Source: Takakia lepidozioides (taxonomy: Eukaryota; Plantae; Bryophyta). From it: a stretch of DNA of 64,000 nt. Shown here piece after piece: positions 13,383-25,390 of this stretch. Under the pieces are notes generated by a model. It was not told where the DNA came from, did no database searches, and saw only the letters and a program-made list of their open reading frames with translations. The DNA is taken from positions 50,220,001 through 50,284,000 of the forward strand of contig CM060734.1 of NCBI GenBank assembly GCA_030704615.1, written 5' to 3'. Made by a program: the position numbers and the translations under genes. Positions within the stretch are counted from its first letter, which is position 1. Every line of letters starts with the position of its first letter.

Positions 13383-16300
13383 ATGAATTGGAGCGTACAG
13401 TGGAAGAGTCAAAATGTAGGATGGGCTACCTGGGCGGCGCTTGCGATTGTTGGTGTGTGCTATGTTCGCTGTGCCGTGCAGTGGCTGCCTCCTCTCTGGT
13501 CGAAATCCAGTGCTGCATCTCCTCAAAGGTCCACGCTTGCTTCCAGCTCTCAGGGTCTACATGAACGGGCTACCGAGGATGACTCAGTGGGTATCAGCGC
13601 CGCATCTGCTCAAAGGTGCACGCTTGCTTCCAGCTCTCAGGGTCTACATGAACGGGCTACCGAGGATGACTCAGTGGATATCAGCGCTGCATCTGCTCAA
13701 AGGTCCGCGCTTGCTTCCAGCTCTCAGGATCCACATGAACGGGCTGCCGAGGATGACTCAGTGGATATCAACCGCGGCAACCGAACCCCCAGAGGTAACG
13801 CTCTCAGCTTTCTTTCCTCCATTGAGAGAGCTACTCCGCTGGCCTCCTTGGGTGGGATTGACAATTAGTAGGGGTTATCAGACGATAGCCCACCGCCGCG
13901 AGCTTCTTTTGTGAACATTCCGCACCTCCCAGAAGTGGTGGAAATTTGGCGGGACTTGATGAGCATAAGTCCTTCTCACCTTGCGCCAACTTGTTTGAAG
14001 TATGGGGAGTAGTTCGCACCAGACCCGATCTGAATGAAGAAGCACTGTTCTGGTGTTAAGTTTAGGAACTATCCGTGGTAAACATGATGACATGGGAATG
14101 CAAGCGACGTAGGTGAGTAAGCTGGGTGCACGACTGAAAGTGGGAGTTACCTGCTGGAGATGAGAAAAGTTTGATCTGTTTTAGAAGTCCATGGACGCCA
14201 GCTTGAAGGTCTAACACTGGTATTACAATACTGGTGTTGATCGGAACATGTGAGTCCGCAGGTGATGTGCACTAAGAGTCACACACCTAAATAGTGTCAC
14301 AATTGGTACGAATCTGAGGTATGAAAGATAGAAAGAGAGTCAGGGGTGAGGGAACTGGTGGCTTGGTAAATACCTTTTCGCTCAGCCCCAGGAGCCTCTG
14401 GAAAATCCCCTTGAGTTAAGGTCAGATTATACTGACCCTTTTGCAAGTCAACCTCATCCTCATAGGCATTCACTTTGTGCAGGAAAAGGTTCTGTTCTTC
14501 TATGTGCAGGTCCCGTGGAGAGGTATGATGTGTTTATCAGTCATAGAGGGCCGGACGTAAAGAAGACTTTCGTGGGCCACTTGGATGAGGCGCTGCGCAC
14601 TGCTGGGTTTAAACCGTTCCTCGACGCCAAAGATATTGGTTTGGGAGAGAGTCCATCGGAGTCCATCGATCATGCTATCCGCAGTGCTCGTATCTGCATA
14701 CCGGTGTTCAGTAAGGGTTATACGGAGTCCAAGTGGTGCCTGGATGAGCTATGCCTCATGTTGAAAAGCCGTGACAATGTTATCTTGCCCATCTTCTATG
14801 ATGTGACACCCAGCGATGTACGTTGGCCAGATAATGGTCGTCTAAGGGCTGGGCTTGGGAAACTAAGACATCGGCACACTCATGAAGAAGTGACAAAGTG
14901 GAAGGAAGCACTCACTCAAGCATCACATCGCATGGGAGTGGAACTTGCAGATGGGTAGGGTGTGCAAAGTTTGCTTGCTTACTACTCCTGTATATTTGGC
15001 ATGATGATGATTTACTTGATTCCCACCTCCCTCCCACTCCAGAGAACACGTCTCTTTCATAATTTTGACTCTTATAAGCATTCATTTCCCAATTGCTCCT
15101 ACCTTGCTGTCTTCCTTTTATGGCTCTACTCTTGAAGTTGTGGAGGCCTTTGTCAACAACGAGGGGCTGCATGGGGATATCGTTTTCTTCTCTTGTCGGT
15201 TTTAAGGTTTTGTCATGCGTTCTTGTACCATCAGGTCATTGCACTTTCTCTTGGAGAGAAAATGATGGTGGCCTTATACTTCCATAGGTCTTCATTTTTT
15301 GCTTGGTCCATGGATGTGTGAGAGGCAGTCACCAAGTCTATATACTACAATTCTTAGTTCAGGGTTCATATGAATCCATGTTCATTGTTTTGTTATGGAC
15401 GGCGTCTTTTATACATGCTTCTTTTTTTCTTTTTCTTTTTCTTTTTCTATTACTTTTTTGTTGCTATTTCTCTAATTGTTTTTGTTTGCTCATCTGAAAA
15501 TTCCTCTATAATAACCTTAGATCAGATCTGCTCAATGCTTCTTATTTGGCTACCTTGAACTGTAAGTATGGATATATCTCCATATTCATAAAGATATTAC
15601 AGCCCACTCTCTATTTCCTCATTCTTTTTATCTCCTAGGAAAGAATCGTGCATGCAAATGTAGAAGTGGGACTTTAATTATATGATTTAGGATATTTCAT
15701 ATAAATTTCATGATAGTTGTAATTGTTTGTTTTCTGACGAGATCTTTTAGTGGATCTACATCATTTTTAATGGCAAAGCCCCTTGGCACTATGAGCTTTG
15801 CATAGAAAGTTGTTTGTTGCACTCTTAGATCACAAAGTGTGGTGCTGATTGTGGTGTAGATGTTGGAGCTCCTTGGAAGCTTGCTTTTGACTTTGGATAA
15901 CTGATTGAAAATTACTGATTCTTAGAAGAAGCAATTCTTGATGAGATGCTTATGGGGCACTGCCTTATGTAGCCTTATCAATACCCTTGATGTGCAGGTC
16001 TGAAGTGATTGTGGTGAAGAAAACTGTGAAGAAAGTTGAAGAAATTTTGAACATATTACCATTTGGAACTGCCAAACACCCTGTCGGGCTTAAGGAAAGA
16101 TCAAAAATTGTAATCGAAAGTCTGCAGCTTGGTCCAGGAGTTATGACATTTGGCATATGGGGCACAGGTGGAGTGGGCAAGACGACATTAGCAAAAGAAA
16201 TATACAATAGTATTTTTACTCGTTTTGAGGCGGCTAGTTTTGTGGCGGACATCAAGGAGAGAGCTAAGCAGCCTGATGGGGTCACCAACATGCAAAAGCA

Positions 16301-19300
16301 ATTGCACGATGACATATGCAAAAATACAGATTTAAGGATGAATTGCGTATCTCAAGGAAAAGAAATATTGAAGGCGCGCCTACGTGGGAAGAAGGTTTTG
16401 ATTGTGTTGGATGACGTTGATGATCAGTCTCAAATGGATGCTCTATTGTTCGATGATGCAGAGATGTTTGGAGAACTAGAAGATGGGAGTTGTTGTGTGA
16501 TGACATCACGTGACAAACGCTTGATGTTAAAACTTGGTGGTATTTACAATGTCGAGGGTCTTTGTGAGGAAGATTCGAAGAAGTTGTTCAATTTGCATGC
16601 CTTTTCCAATTCGAACCCAAAAGAACATTTTGAAAGCTTGCAAATGATGTTGTGAAAGCTTGTGGTCGGCTTCCGTTAATTTTGGAGATAATTGGCGCAT
16701 CATTGAGTGGAGAGGAGAACCAAGGCATTTGGGAAGAAGTCCTTGATAAGTTGGAGAAACACTCTTATCTCCCAGAGAACAAAAAACTATATGAGATCTT
16801 GCGAATAAGCTTTGATGCTCTTGAGGTACATCATAAAAAAATGTTCCTTGACATTGCTTGCGTGCTCCTTGGGGAATCAAGTGAGACAGCTAAACGAGCT
16901 TGGAAAGGATCTGGGTGGTCTGCAGAGATTGGACTTCGAAATCTCATTGATAAGGCATTGGTGAAGTTGGACTATGAACGCAGATTCTTGATGCATGATC
17001 ATCTACGAGACATGGGTCGACACATTGTGATGACAGAGCCTGGTTCGCCTGAGAAGTGGAGTGGCTTTTGGGTACCCCAAGACGAAGCAACAGACTTGAC
17101 TGAAAATGAGGTGATTTCATAAAAATCGAACTCTCTATTCCATTGTTGTTAAAGTTTGTACGATGCAAGTCAAGACTCAAATATTTGATTGATGGGTGAA
17201 GAGGGAGCGAACTGATTGTTCCAAGTGTTAACACATTTTGAGAGTTGCACAACTTCAAGGCTTGATTGTAAATCAACAACTTGATGGACATTTATTGTAC
17301 AAGAGAAACACAAAATGTAATGCACGTTCAACTCTTTTCATAGATGCCATATGATTGGAATTTCTATTTGAAGATGTCATGAATGTTATTATCTGTTGAA
17401 TACAAGAATGTATGTTGTGGTGTTGTCCAGATCAAATCCAAGGTCCAAGTGCTTTCACTAAAGTTGGAGAATGTGGACAGAGATTCCAAAAGATTGGCTA
17501 TGGAGAGCTTTCAGACCATGAAAAAGCTAAGAATACTTTTCTTACATGATTTCACATGGGAATCTTCCATTACTTTTCCAAAGAGTTTGACATGGTTTCG
17601 CATGTGTGATTTGCGATCCGACTACTTGCCTCACGGGCTTTCTTTTGCGAACAATTTGCGCGTGCTTCATGTGCGAGACAGTACCATCCAAAAGTTGTGG
17701 GAGGAAGATCATAATAATCAGGTACATGTTACTTAAATGGAATATCATATATTACATTAAATGTAGACTTTAGATTGTATGCTTCTTTGAAATGTTGTGT
17801 TGTAAAAAATGAGCTGGGATCAATATCTATTATTTTGAGTAAAACTAGGTGCGGATAGTAATAAATTTTGGTGATATTGTCTTGAAGGGTACAACACACA
17901 CTTTGGCTCATATGAAAAAAGTGGAGGAAATAGAATTATCTAGGTGTTCAAGACTTGAAATGCTTCCACATTCGATTGGAGAGCTAACGATGCTTCAAAA
18001 GATGATTGTCAAGCATTGTACAACACTCAAAGGCCTGCCGGCTTCCATTGTTAAGCTTACAATGTTAAAAGTCCTCAACTTCGAGGGTTGTTCCAATATA
18101 CAAGCCCTCCCTGATTGTTTGGGGTTGTTGAAAGAGCTCGAAGAGTTGGACCTCTCATCATGCACCAGCTTGGAAAGCTTGCCTGAATCCATCGGAACAT
18201 TGATTCATCTCCAACAACTGCAGCTCATGAATTGTACAACACTCAAAGGCCTGCCAGACTCCATTGGTAAACTTGCATTGTTAAAAATCCTCAATCTTCG
18301 GGGTTGTTCCAACATACAAGTCGTGCCTGATTGTTTGGGGCTGTTGAAAGAGCTCGAAGAGTTGGACCTAGAGTCTTGTACCAGCTTGGAGAGGTTGCCT
18401 GATTCCATTGGAGCATTGATTCATCTCCGAAATCTGTGGCTCGCGAATTGTACAGCACTCAAAGGCTTACCAAACTCCATTGGTAATCTTGCAAAGTTAA
18501 AAGTCCTCGTCCTTGAGGGTTGTTCCAACATACAAGCCTTGCCTGATTACTTGGAGCTATTGAAGGAGCTTGAAGAGTTGGACCTAGAGTCTTGTACCAG
18601 CTTGGAGAGGTTGCCTGATTCCATCGGAGCATTGATTCATCTCCAAATATTATGGCTCAAGAATTGTACAGCACTCAAAGGCTTGCCAGACTCCATTGGT
18701 AATCTTGCAAAGTTAAAAGTCCTCAACCTTGAGGGTTGTTCCTGCAACATACAAGCCGTGCTTGATTGTTTGGGGATATGGAAAGAGTTCGAATACTTCA
18801 ATCTCTCTTCTTGCACCAACTTGGAGAGCATGCCTGTATCCATCGGAACATTGATTCATCTCGAACAATTGTGGCTCATGAATTGTACAACACTCAAAGG
18901 CTTGCCAGACTCCATAGGTAATCTTGCATTGTTAAAAATCCTCTGTCTTCGGGGTTGTTCCAACATACAAGTCATGCCTGATTGTTTGGGGCTGTGGAAA
19001 GAGCTCGAATGCTTGGATCTCTCTTATTGCATCAGCTTGGAGAGCTTGCCAGAATCCATCGGAACATTGATTCATCTCGAACAACTGTGGCTCACGAATT
19101 GTACAACACTCAAAGGCTTGCCAGACTCCATAGGTAATCTTGCAAAGTTAAAATTCCTCGGCCTTGGGGGTTGTTCCAACATACAAGTCGTGCCTGATTG
19201 TTTGGGGCTGTGGAAAGAGTTCAAATACTTGGATCTCTATTATTGCACGAGCTTGGAGAGGTTGCCTGATTGTTTGGGGCTGTTGAAAGAGCTCGAGGAA

Positions 19301-22300
19301 TTGGACCTCTCTTCTTGTATGAGTTTGAAGAGGTTGCCGGATTCCATCGGAGCATTGATTCATCTCCAAAAATTGCGGCTCAAGAATTGTACAGCACTCA
19401 AAGGCCTGCCAGACTCCATTGGTAATCTTGCAAAGTTAAAAGTCCTCAACCTTGAGGGTTGTTCCAACATACAAGTCGTGCTTGATTGTTTGGGGCTGTT
19501 GAAAGAGCTCGAAGAGTTGGACCTCTCTTCTTGTACGAGCTTAGAGAGGTTGCCGGATTCCATCGGAGCATTGATTCATCTCCAAAAATTGCGGCTCAAG
19601 AATTGTACAGCACTCAAAGGCCTGCCAGACTGCATTGGTAATCTTGCAAAGTTAAAAGTCCTCAGCCTTGAGGGTTGTTCCAACATACAAGTCGTGCCTG
19701 ATTGTTTGGGGCTGCTGAAAGAGCTCGAAGAGTTGGACCTCTCATCTTGTACGAGCTTGAAGAGGTTGCCGGATTCCATCGGAGCATTGATTCATCTCCA
19801 AAAATTGTGGCTCAAGAATTGTACAGCACTAAAAGGCCTGCCAGACTCCATTGGTAATTTTGCAAAGTTAAAAGTCCTCAACCTTGAGGGTTGTTCCAAC
19901 ATACAAGTCATGCTTGATTGTTTGGGGCTATTGAAAGAGCTCGAAGAGTTAGAGCTCGAAGAGTTGGACCTCTCATCTTGTACGAGTTTGGAGAGGTTGC
20001 CGGATTCCATCGGAGCATTGATTCATCTCCAAAAATTGTGGCTCAAGAATTGTACAGCACTAAAAGGCCTGCCAGACTCCATTGGTAATCTTGCAAAGTT
20101 AAAAGTCCTCAACCTTGAGGGTTGTTCCAACATACAAGTCGTGCTTGATTGTTTGGGGCTGTTGAAAGAGCTCGAAGAGTTGGACCTCTCATCTTGTACG
20201 AGCTTGGAGAGGTTGCCGGATTCCATCGGAGCATTGATTCATCTCCAAAAATTGTGGCTCAAGAATTGTACAGCACTAAAAGGCCTGCCAAACTCCATTG
20301 GTAATCTTGCAAAGTTAAAAGTCCTCAACCTTGAGGGTTGTTCCAACATACAAGTCGTGCTTGATTGTTTGGGGCTGTTGAAAGAGCTCGAAGAGTTGGA
20401 CCTCTCATCTTGTACGAGCTTGGAGAGGTTGCCGGATTCCATCGGAGCATTGATTCATCTCCAAAAATTGCAGCTCAAGAATTGTACAACACTCAAAGGC
20501 CTGCCAGATTCCATTGGTAATCTTGCAAAGTTAAAAGTCCTCAACCTTGAGGGTTGTTCGAACATACAAGTCGTGCTTGATTGTTTGGGGCTCTTGAAAG
20601 AGCTCGAAGAGTTGGACCTCTCATCTTGTACGAGCTTGGAGAGGTTGCCGGATTCCATCGGAGCATTGATTCATCTCCAAAAATTGCGGCTCAAGAATTG
20701 TACAGCACTCAAAGGTCTGCCAGACTCCATTGGTAATCTTGCAAAGTTAAAAGTCCTCGACCTTGAGGGTTGTTCCAACATACAAGTCATGCTTGATTGT
20801 TTGGGGCTGTTGAAAGAGCTCGAAGAGTTGGACCTCTATTCCTGTACGAGCTTGGAGAGGCTGCCGGATTCCATCGGAGCATTGATTCATCTCCAAAAAT
20901 TGTGGCTCAAGAATTGTACAGCACTCAAAGGCCTGCCAGACTCCATTGGTAATCTTGCAAAGTTAAAAGTCCTCAACCTTGAGGGTTGTTCCAACATACA
21001 AGTCGTGCTTGATTGTTTGGGGATGTTGAAAGAGCTCGAAGAGTTGGACCTCTCATCTTGTACGAGCTTGAAGAGGTTGCCGGATTCCATCGGAGCATTG
21101 ATTCATCTCCAAAAATTGCGGCTCAAGAATTGTACAGCTCTAAAAGGCCTGCCAGACTCCATTGGTAATCTTGCAAAGTTAAAAGTCCTCAACCTTGAGG
21201 GTTGTTCCAACATACAAGTCGTGCTTGATTGTTTGGGGCTGGTGAAAGAGCTCGAAGAGTTGGACCTCTCATCTTGTACGAGCTTGGAGAGGTTGCCGGA
21301 TTCCATCGGAGCATTGATTCATCTCCAAAAATTGTGGCTCAAGAATTGTACAGCACTCAAAGGCCTGCCAGACTCCATTGGTAATCTTGCAAAGTTAAAA
21401 GTCCTCGACCTTGAGGGTTGTTCCAACATACAAGTCGTGCTTGATTGTTTGGGGCTGTTGAAAGAGCTCGAAGAGTTGGACCTCTCTTCTTGTACGAGCT
21501 TGGAGAGGTTGCCGGATTCCATCGGAGCATTGATTCATCTCCAAAAATTGCGGCTCAAGAATTGTACAGCACTCAAAGGCCTGCCAGACTCCATTGGTAA
21601 TCTTTCAAAGTTAAAAGACCTCAGTCTTAAGGGTTGTTCCTGCAACATACAAGCCGTCCTTGATTGTTTGGGGCTGTGGAAAGAGCTCAAAAACTTGGAT
21701 CTCTCTTATTGCATCAGCTTGGAGAGCTTGCCTGAATCCATCGGAACATTGATTCATCTCGAACAACTGTGGCTAATGAATTGTACAACACTCAAAGGCT
21801 TGCCAAACTCCATAGGTAATCTTGCAAAGTTAAAAGTCCTCGACCTTTGGAGTTGTTCCAACATACAAGTCGTGCCTGATTGTTTGGGGTTGTTGAAAAA
21901 GCTCGAAGAGTTGGACCTCTCTTATTGTACGAGCTTGGAGTGGTTGCCTGATTCCATCGGAGCATTGATTCATCTCCAAAAATTGTGGCTCAAGAATTGT
22001 ACAGCACTCAAAGGCCTGCCAGACTCCATTGGTAATCTTGCATTGTTAAAAATCCTTAATCTTCGGGGTTGTTCCAACATACAAGCCGTGCCTGATTGTT
22101 TGGGGCTGTTGAAAGAGCTCGAAGAGTTGGACCTAGAGTCTTGTACCAGCTTGGAGAGGTTGCCTGATTCCATCGGAGCATTGATTCATCTCCGAAATCT
22201 GTTGCTCAAGAATTGTAGAGCACTCAAAGGCTTACCAAACTCCATTGGTAATCTTGCAAAATTAAAAGTCCTCAACCTTGAGGGTTGTTCCAACATACAA

Positions 22301-22399
22301 GCCTTGCCTGACTACTTGGGGCTATTGAAGGACCTCAAATCGTTGGGCCTAGAGTCTTGTACCAGCTTGGAGAGGTTGTTTGATTCCATCGGACATTGA
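13383..22399 (+). CDS. TIR-NB-ARC-LRR (TNL) immune receptor. Exons 13383-13794, 14510-14954, 15998-17110, 17431-17721, 17888-22399; 1-bp frameshift at ~16640 (pseudogene or consensus error)
   Basis: TIR (YDVFISHRGPDVKK, WCLDEL), P-loop GTGGVGKTT, kinase-2 LIVLDDVD, RNBS-B TSRD, GRLPL, MHD and >60 LRRs. All four introns are GT-AG with matching phases (1, 2, 0, 0). Confidence 0.9.
13509..13770 (+). repeat. Three 90-bp (30-aa) tandem repeats in TNL exon 1
   Basis: SAAS(P/A)QR(S/C)(T/A)LASSSQ(GL/DP)HERA(T/A)EDDSV(G/D)I x3. Confidence 0.95.
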
Positions 22400-23235
22400 T
22401 TCATCTCCAAAATCTGTGGCTCAAGAATTGTACAACACTCAAAGGCCTGCTAGACTCCATTGGTGATTTTGTAAAGTTGAGATTCATTTTACCTTGAGGG
22501 TTGCTCCAATATCCAAGCCTTGCTTGAGTGTTTAGGGCTGTTGAAAGAGCTCGAAAACTTGGATCTCTCTTCTTGCACCAGCTTGGAGAGCTTGCCTGAA
22601 TCTATCCGAACATTGATTCATCTCCAAAAATCGCGGCTCATGAATTGTACAGCCCTCAAAGGTATGCCGGACTCCATTGGTAATCTTACAAAGTTAAAAG
22701 TCCTCAACCTTAAGGGTTGTTCCAATATACAAGCCTTGCCTGATTGTTTGGGTCTGTTGAAGGAGCTCAAAACGTTGGACCTAGAGTCTTGTATCAGCTT
22801 GGAGAGGTTGTCTGATTCCATTGGAACATTGATTCATCTTGAACAACTGTGGCTCAAGAATTGTACATCACTCAAAGCCCTACCAGAGTCCATTGGTAAT
22901 CTTGAAGTATTAAGACTCATTTACCTTGAGGGTTACTCCAATTTATACAAACATTTTCTGACTCATTGGGACTGGTGAAAGAGCTCAAAGAGTTGGACCT
23001 AGAATCTTGTACCAGCTTGGAGATTTTGCCTGATTCCATCGGATCATTGATTCATGTCCGAAGACTGTGCCTCCAGAATTGTACAACACTCAAAGGTCTG
23101 CCAGATTCCATTGGTAATCTTGAAGTGTTAAGATTCTTTTACCTTGAGGGTTGCTCCAGCATCCAAGCCTTGCCTTACTGATTGGGACTGTTGAAAAAGT
23201 TGGAAAAGTTGGACCTAGATTCTTATATGAGCTTT
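17910..23235 (+). repeat. LRR array of ~70 x 72-bp units organised as a 216-bp three-LRR higher-order repeat; degenerate after 22399
   Basis: Recurrent LPDSIGALIHL / LPDSIGNLAKL / (L/P)DCLGLLKEL triplet; antisense shadow ORFs recur every 216 bp; ORFs 22520-22978 and 22966-23181 continue the array out of frame. Confidence 0.97.
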
Positions 23236-23239
23236 GAGA

Positions 23240-23990
23240 CACTAGAAGAAAAACGCGAAATAACCACTCTGTTAACCACTCATTTTGAGTGGTAAAAGAC
23301 ACTAAACCACTCTCGCCCCAGAGTGATGAAGAACCAGTGGACAAGTGAGTGGTAAAAGACATTACGTGGCACCCGTGGTACAGTGGTTCAAACAACTCAA
23401 GTCCGGGTCCACCTGTACGCTGACATGTCACAATGGTAAATTAACCACTGTGACATGTCAATGACGTGTCACTGAGGTAAAGCAACCACTTATGACGTGT
23501 CACAGTGGTAAACTGACGTGTCATAGTGGTAAAGTAACCACTTCCGTTTTGTAGTGGAGACGTGTAAGCCGGTGGTCCGTGGATGATATTGGAGATTATG
23601 TCGATACGTGGCGACACTTTCAGCATGGACACGTGTCGTGTGTCAGTGCTACGAAATGGATGGACTGAAAAATTCAATGACTTCCGAAACTACTTGTTGA
23701 GTGATCAAAAAATGACTCATAGAGTCATTCCATGAAAACTGAGAATATACAATATCACTCACAGAGTGGTTATTCGAGTGGATGACGTCTCTCAGCAGGT
23801 CATTGGAATGATTACCCACAGAGTGGTGTATAAGCCATTTGAGTCATTTATGGTGTCTCTCAGAGTGGGAACTATGGATTGGAGTGATTACTAACAGAGT
23901 GGTGTGTAAGTGATTAGGAATACCACTGGAGGAATTCATACCACTAGTACAGTAATATATATGTGACTATTTATACCACTATACGTCTCT
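23240..23990. mobile_element. CACTA (En/Spm) terminus with subterminal repeats, truncating the LRR array
   Basis: CACTAGAAGAAAA starts where LRR homology stops; dense ACCACT/AGTGGT and TGAC(G/A)TGTCA motifs; TAGTG at ~23552 lacks a matching 3-bp TSD. Confidence 0.7.
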
Positions 23991-24034
23991 CCGTCTCTTC
24001 TGATATGATGATTTCATGTGATAACACATGAAAA

Positions 24035-24285
24035 CATCACTCATATTAAGTCGAGCCAAGTGCACCCCACGCCATGGGGAATCCACACTACGGCGCCATA
24101 GTTAGACGCGGTGAGGCTCAACTCGAGAAAGATGAGCCCACCGCAATCTGCCGTGAAGATAAAAATGCCAGATGCCCAAACATGTATTGGTCCCTAGATT
24201 GACACTTGGGTCAACCCCAAATGTCAATATATAAAAGCTAGCTATTTCCTAGCTAACTTCACACTAATGGTAAAATAACTTGACA
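24035..24285 (-). mobile_element. Truncated LTR of the same family as 107-610
   Basis: Clear homology to 360-610 with the shared AAAATAACTTGACA end. Confidence 0.75.
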
Positions 24286-24289
24286 CGTA

Positions 24290-25390
24290 TTTTAAGTCTG
24301 TTATTAGTCCAAGAATTCTGTAATGACAGTTTGTGATCAGGAGGTGTACCGACAGGCACGATGCCCCAATCTGTCACCTCTGGGTTAAGCTCAAAAATTG
24401 TGGTATGCTCAGTTTTGAAATGTAAGGATTTCCGGCATACGAATGCGCCACAAATATCTCCAATCAATCCCGGGACGCAACCTGGTGGTGTACGATGTCT
24501 TCTGTTACAACCAAACACAAATTCAATAGAAAATCAAATAACAAGATCTCTCTTACTAGCATCCATCATTCCAGAAGTCCAGTGGAGGTTCGTATGTACA
24601 AGGCTTTCTACATGAAATGGGAAATCCTCCATATTTTTCAGATGTTGTAGAAAAAACTTTAATGAAAATGAGGCTCAAGAGCCATTGAGTACATCATCCT
24701 GCAAAAGGATAAATCTACAATAGAAATCTTCGAACCTAATTCGTCCAAAAAATACTCAGGGACTTCTCTCACTATATTCAGACGATTCTAGATAATATAC
24801 CCAAGAACTACAAAATGCTCCTTCTTATCTCTCGAATATATCAGACAAATAGTCTGGAGGGGTATATTTTGGGGATTCGGTGATACTATCGGGAGACGCA
24901 GGGGAGTATGCTGGAGATCCGAAGACGTCCAGGAGTTCCAGGTCTCCTTGTGTCGTTGCAGTGTCCAGGGAGAAGTTTGGAGGGTAATATCCTGCATATT
25001 CAGGAGATGCTGGCAGGTAACTAGGAGATGTGGGATATCCAAAAACGGTCACTTGTACGCCGCCAATGTGTTCGGGGAATAGTCTGGAGGGGTGTATGTC
25101 GGATAATCTTGGGAGTAGGCAGGAGATCTGTTGACATCATTGTTTACATGAACGCTTTCTCTGATTTCCGCCAGGGTATCCACAGAGATGTCTTCAGGTG
25201 TATTGTTGGGAGATTCAGATGCGTTCCGCGGGGATTCTACAGTCACATTTTCGTCAATCCTAGACACTTTGTTCAGCTCGGTAGACCCCCAACTGGATTT
25301 TTCATCTGGTACCAAAACACCATGTTTTTGATCTGGATGGTCCACTTCCATCACGTCTACCAAACATTGGAGCTAAGCTGACAGTCTTGT
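24290..25390 (-). pseudogene. Decayed ORF with Tyr-Ser-Pro-rich low-complexity repeats; probable transposon cargo
   Basis: ORFs 25049-25363 and 24825-25052 (SPAYS, YTPPDY, YPTSPSY) are joined by a frameshift and continue through stops toward 24290. Confidence 0.4.

Noticed and set aside
17995-22821. Series of ~67-aa minus-strand ORFs (MESGNLSKLVQ...)
   Set aside because: Antisense shadows of the 216-bp LRR repeat; no independent coding evidence.
23240-23556. Complete mini-CACTA element
   Set aside because: TIR match is limited to about 5 bp and the flanks (AGA vs GAG) do not form a TSD.
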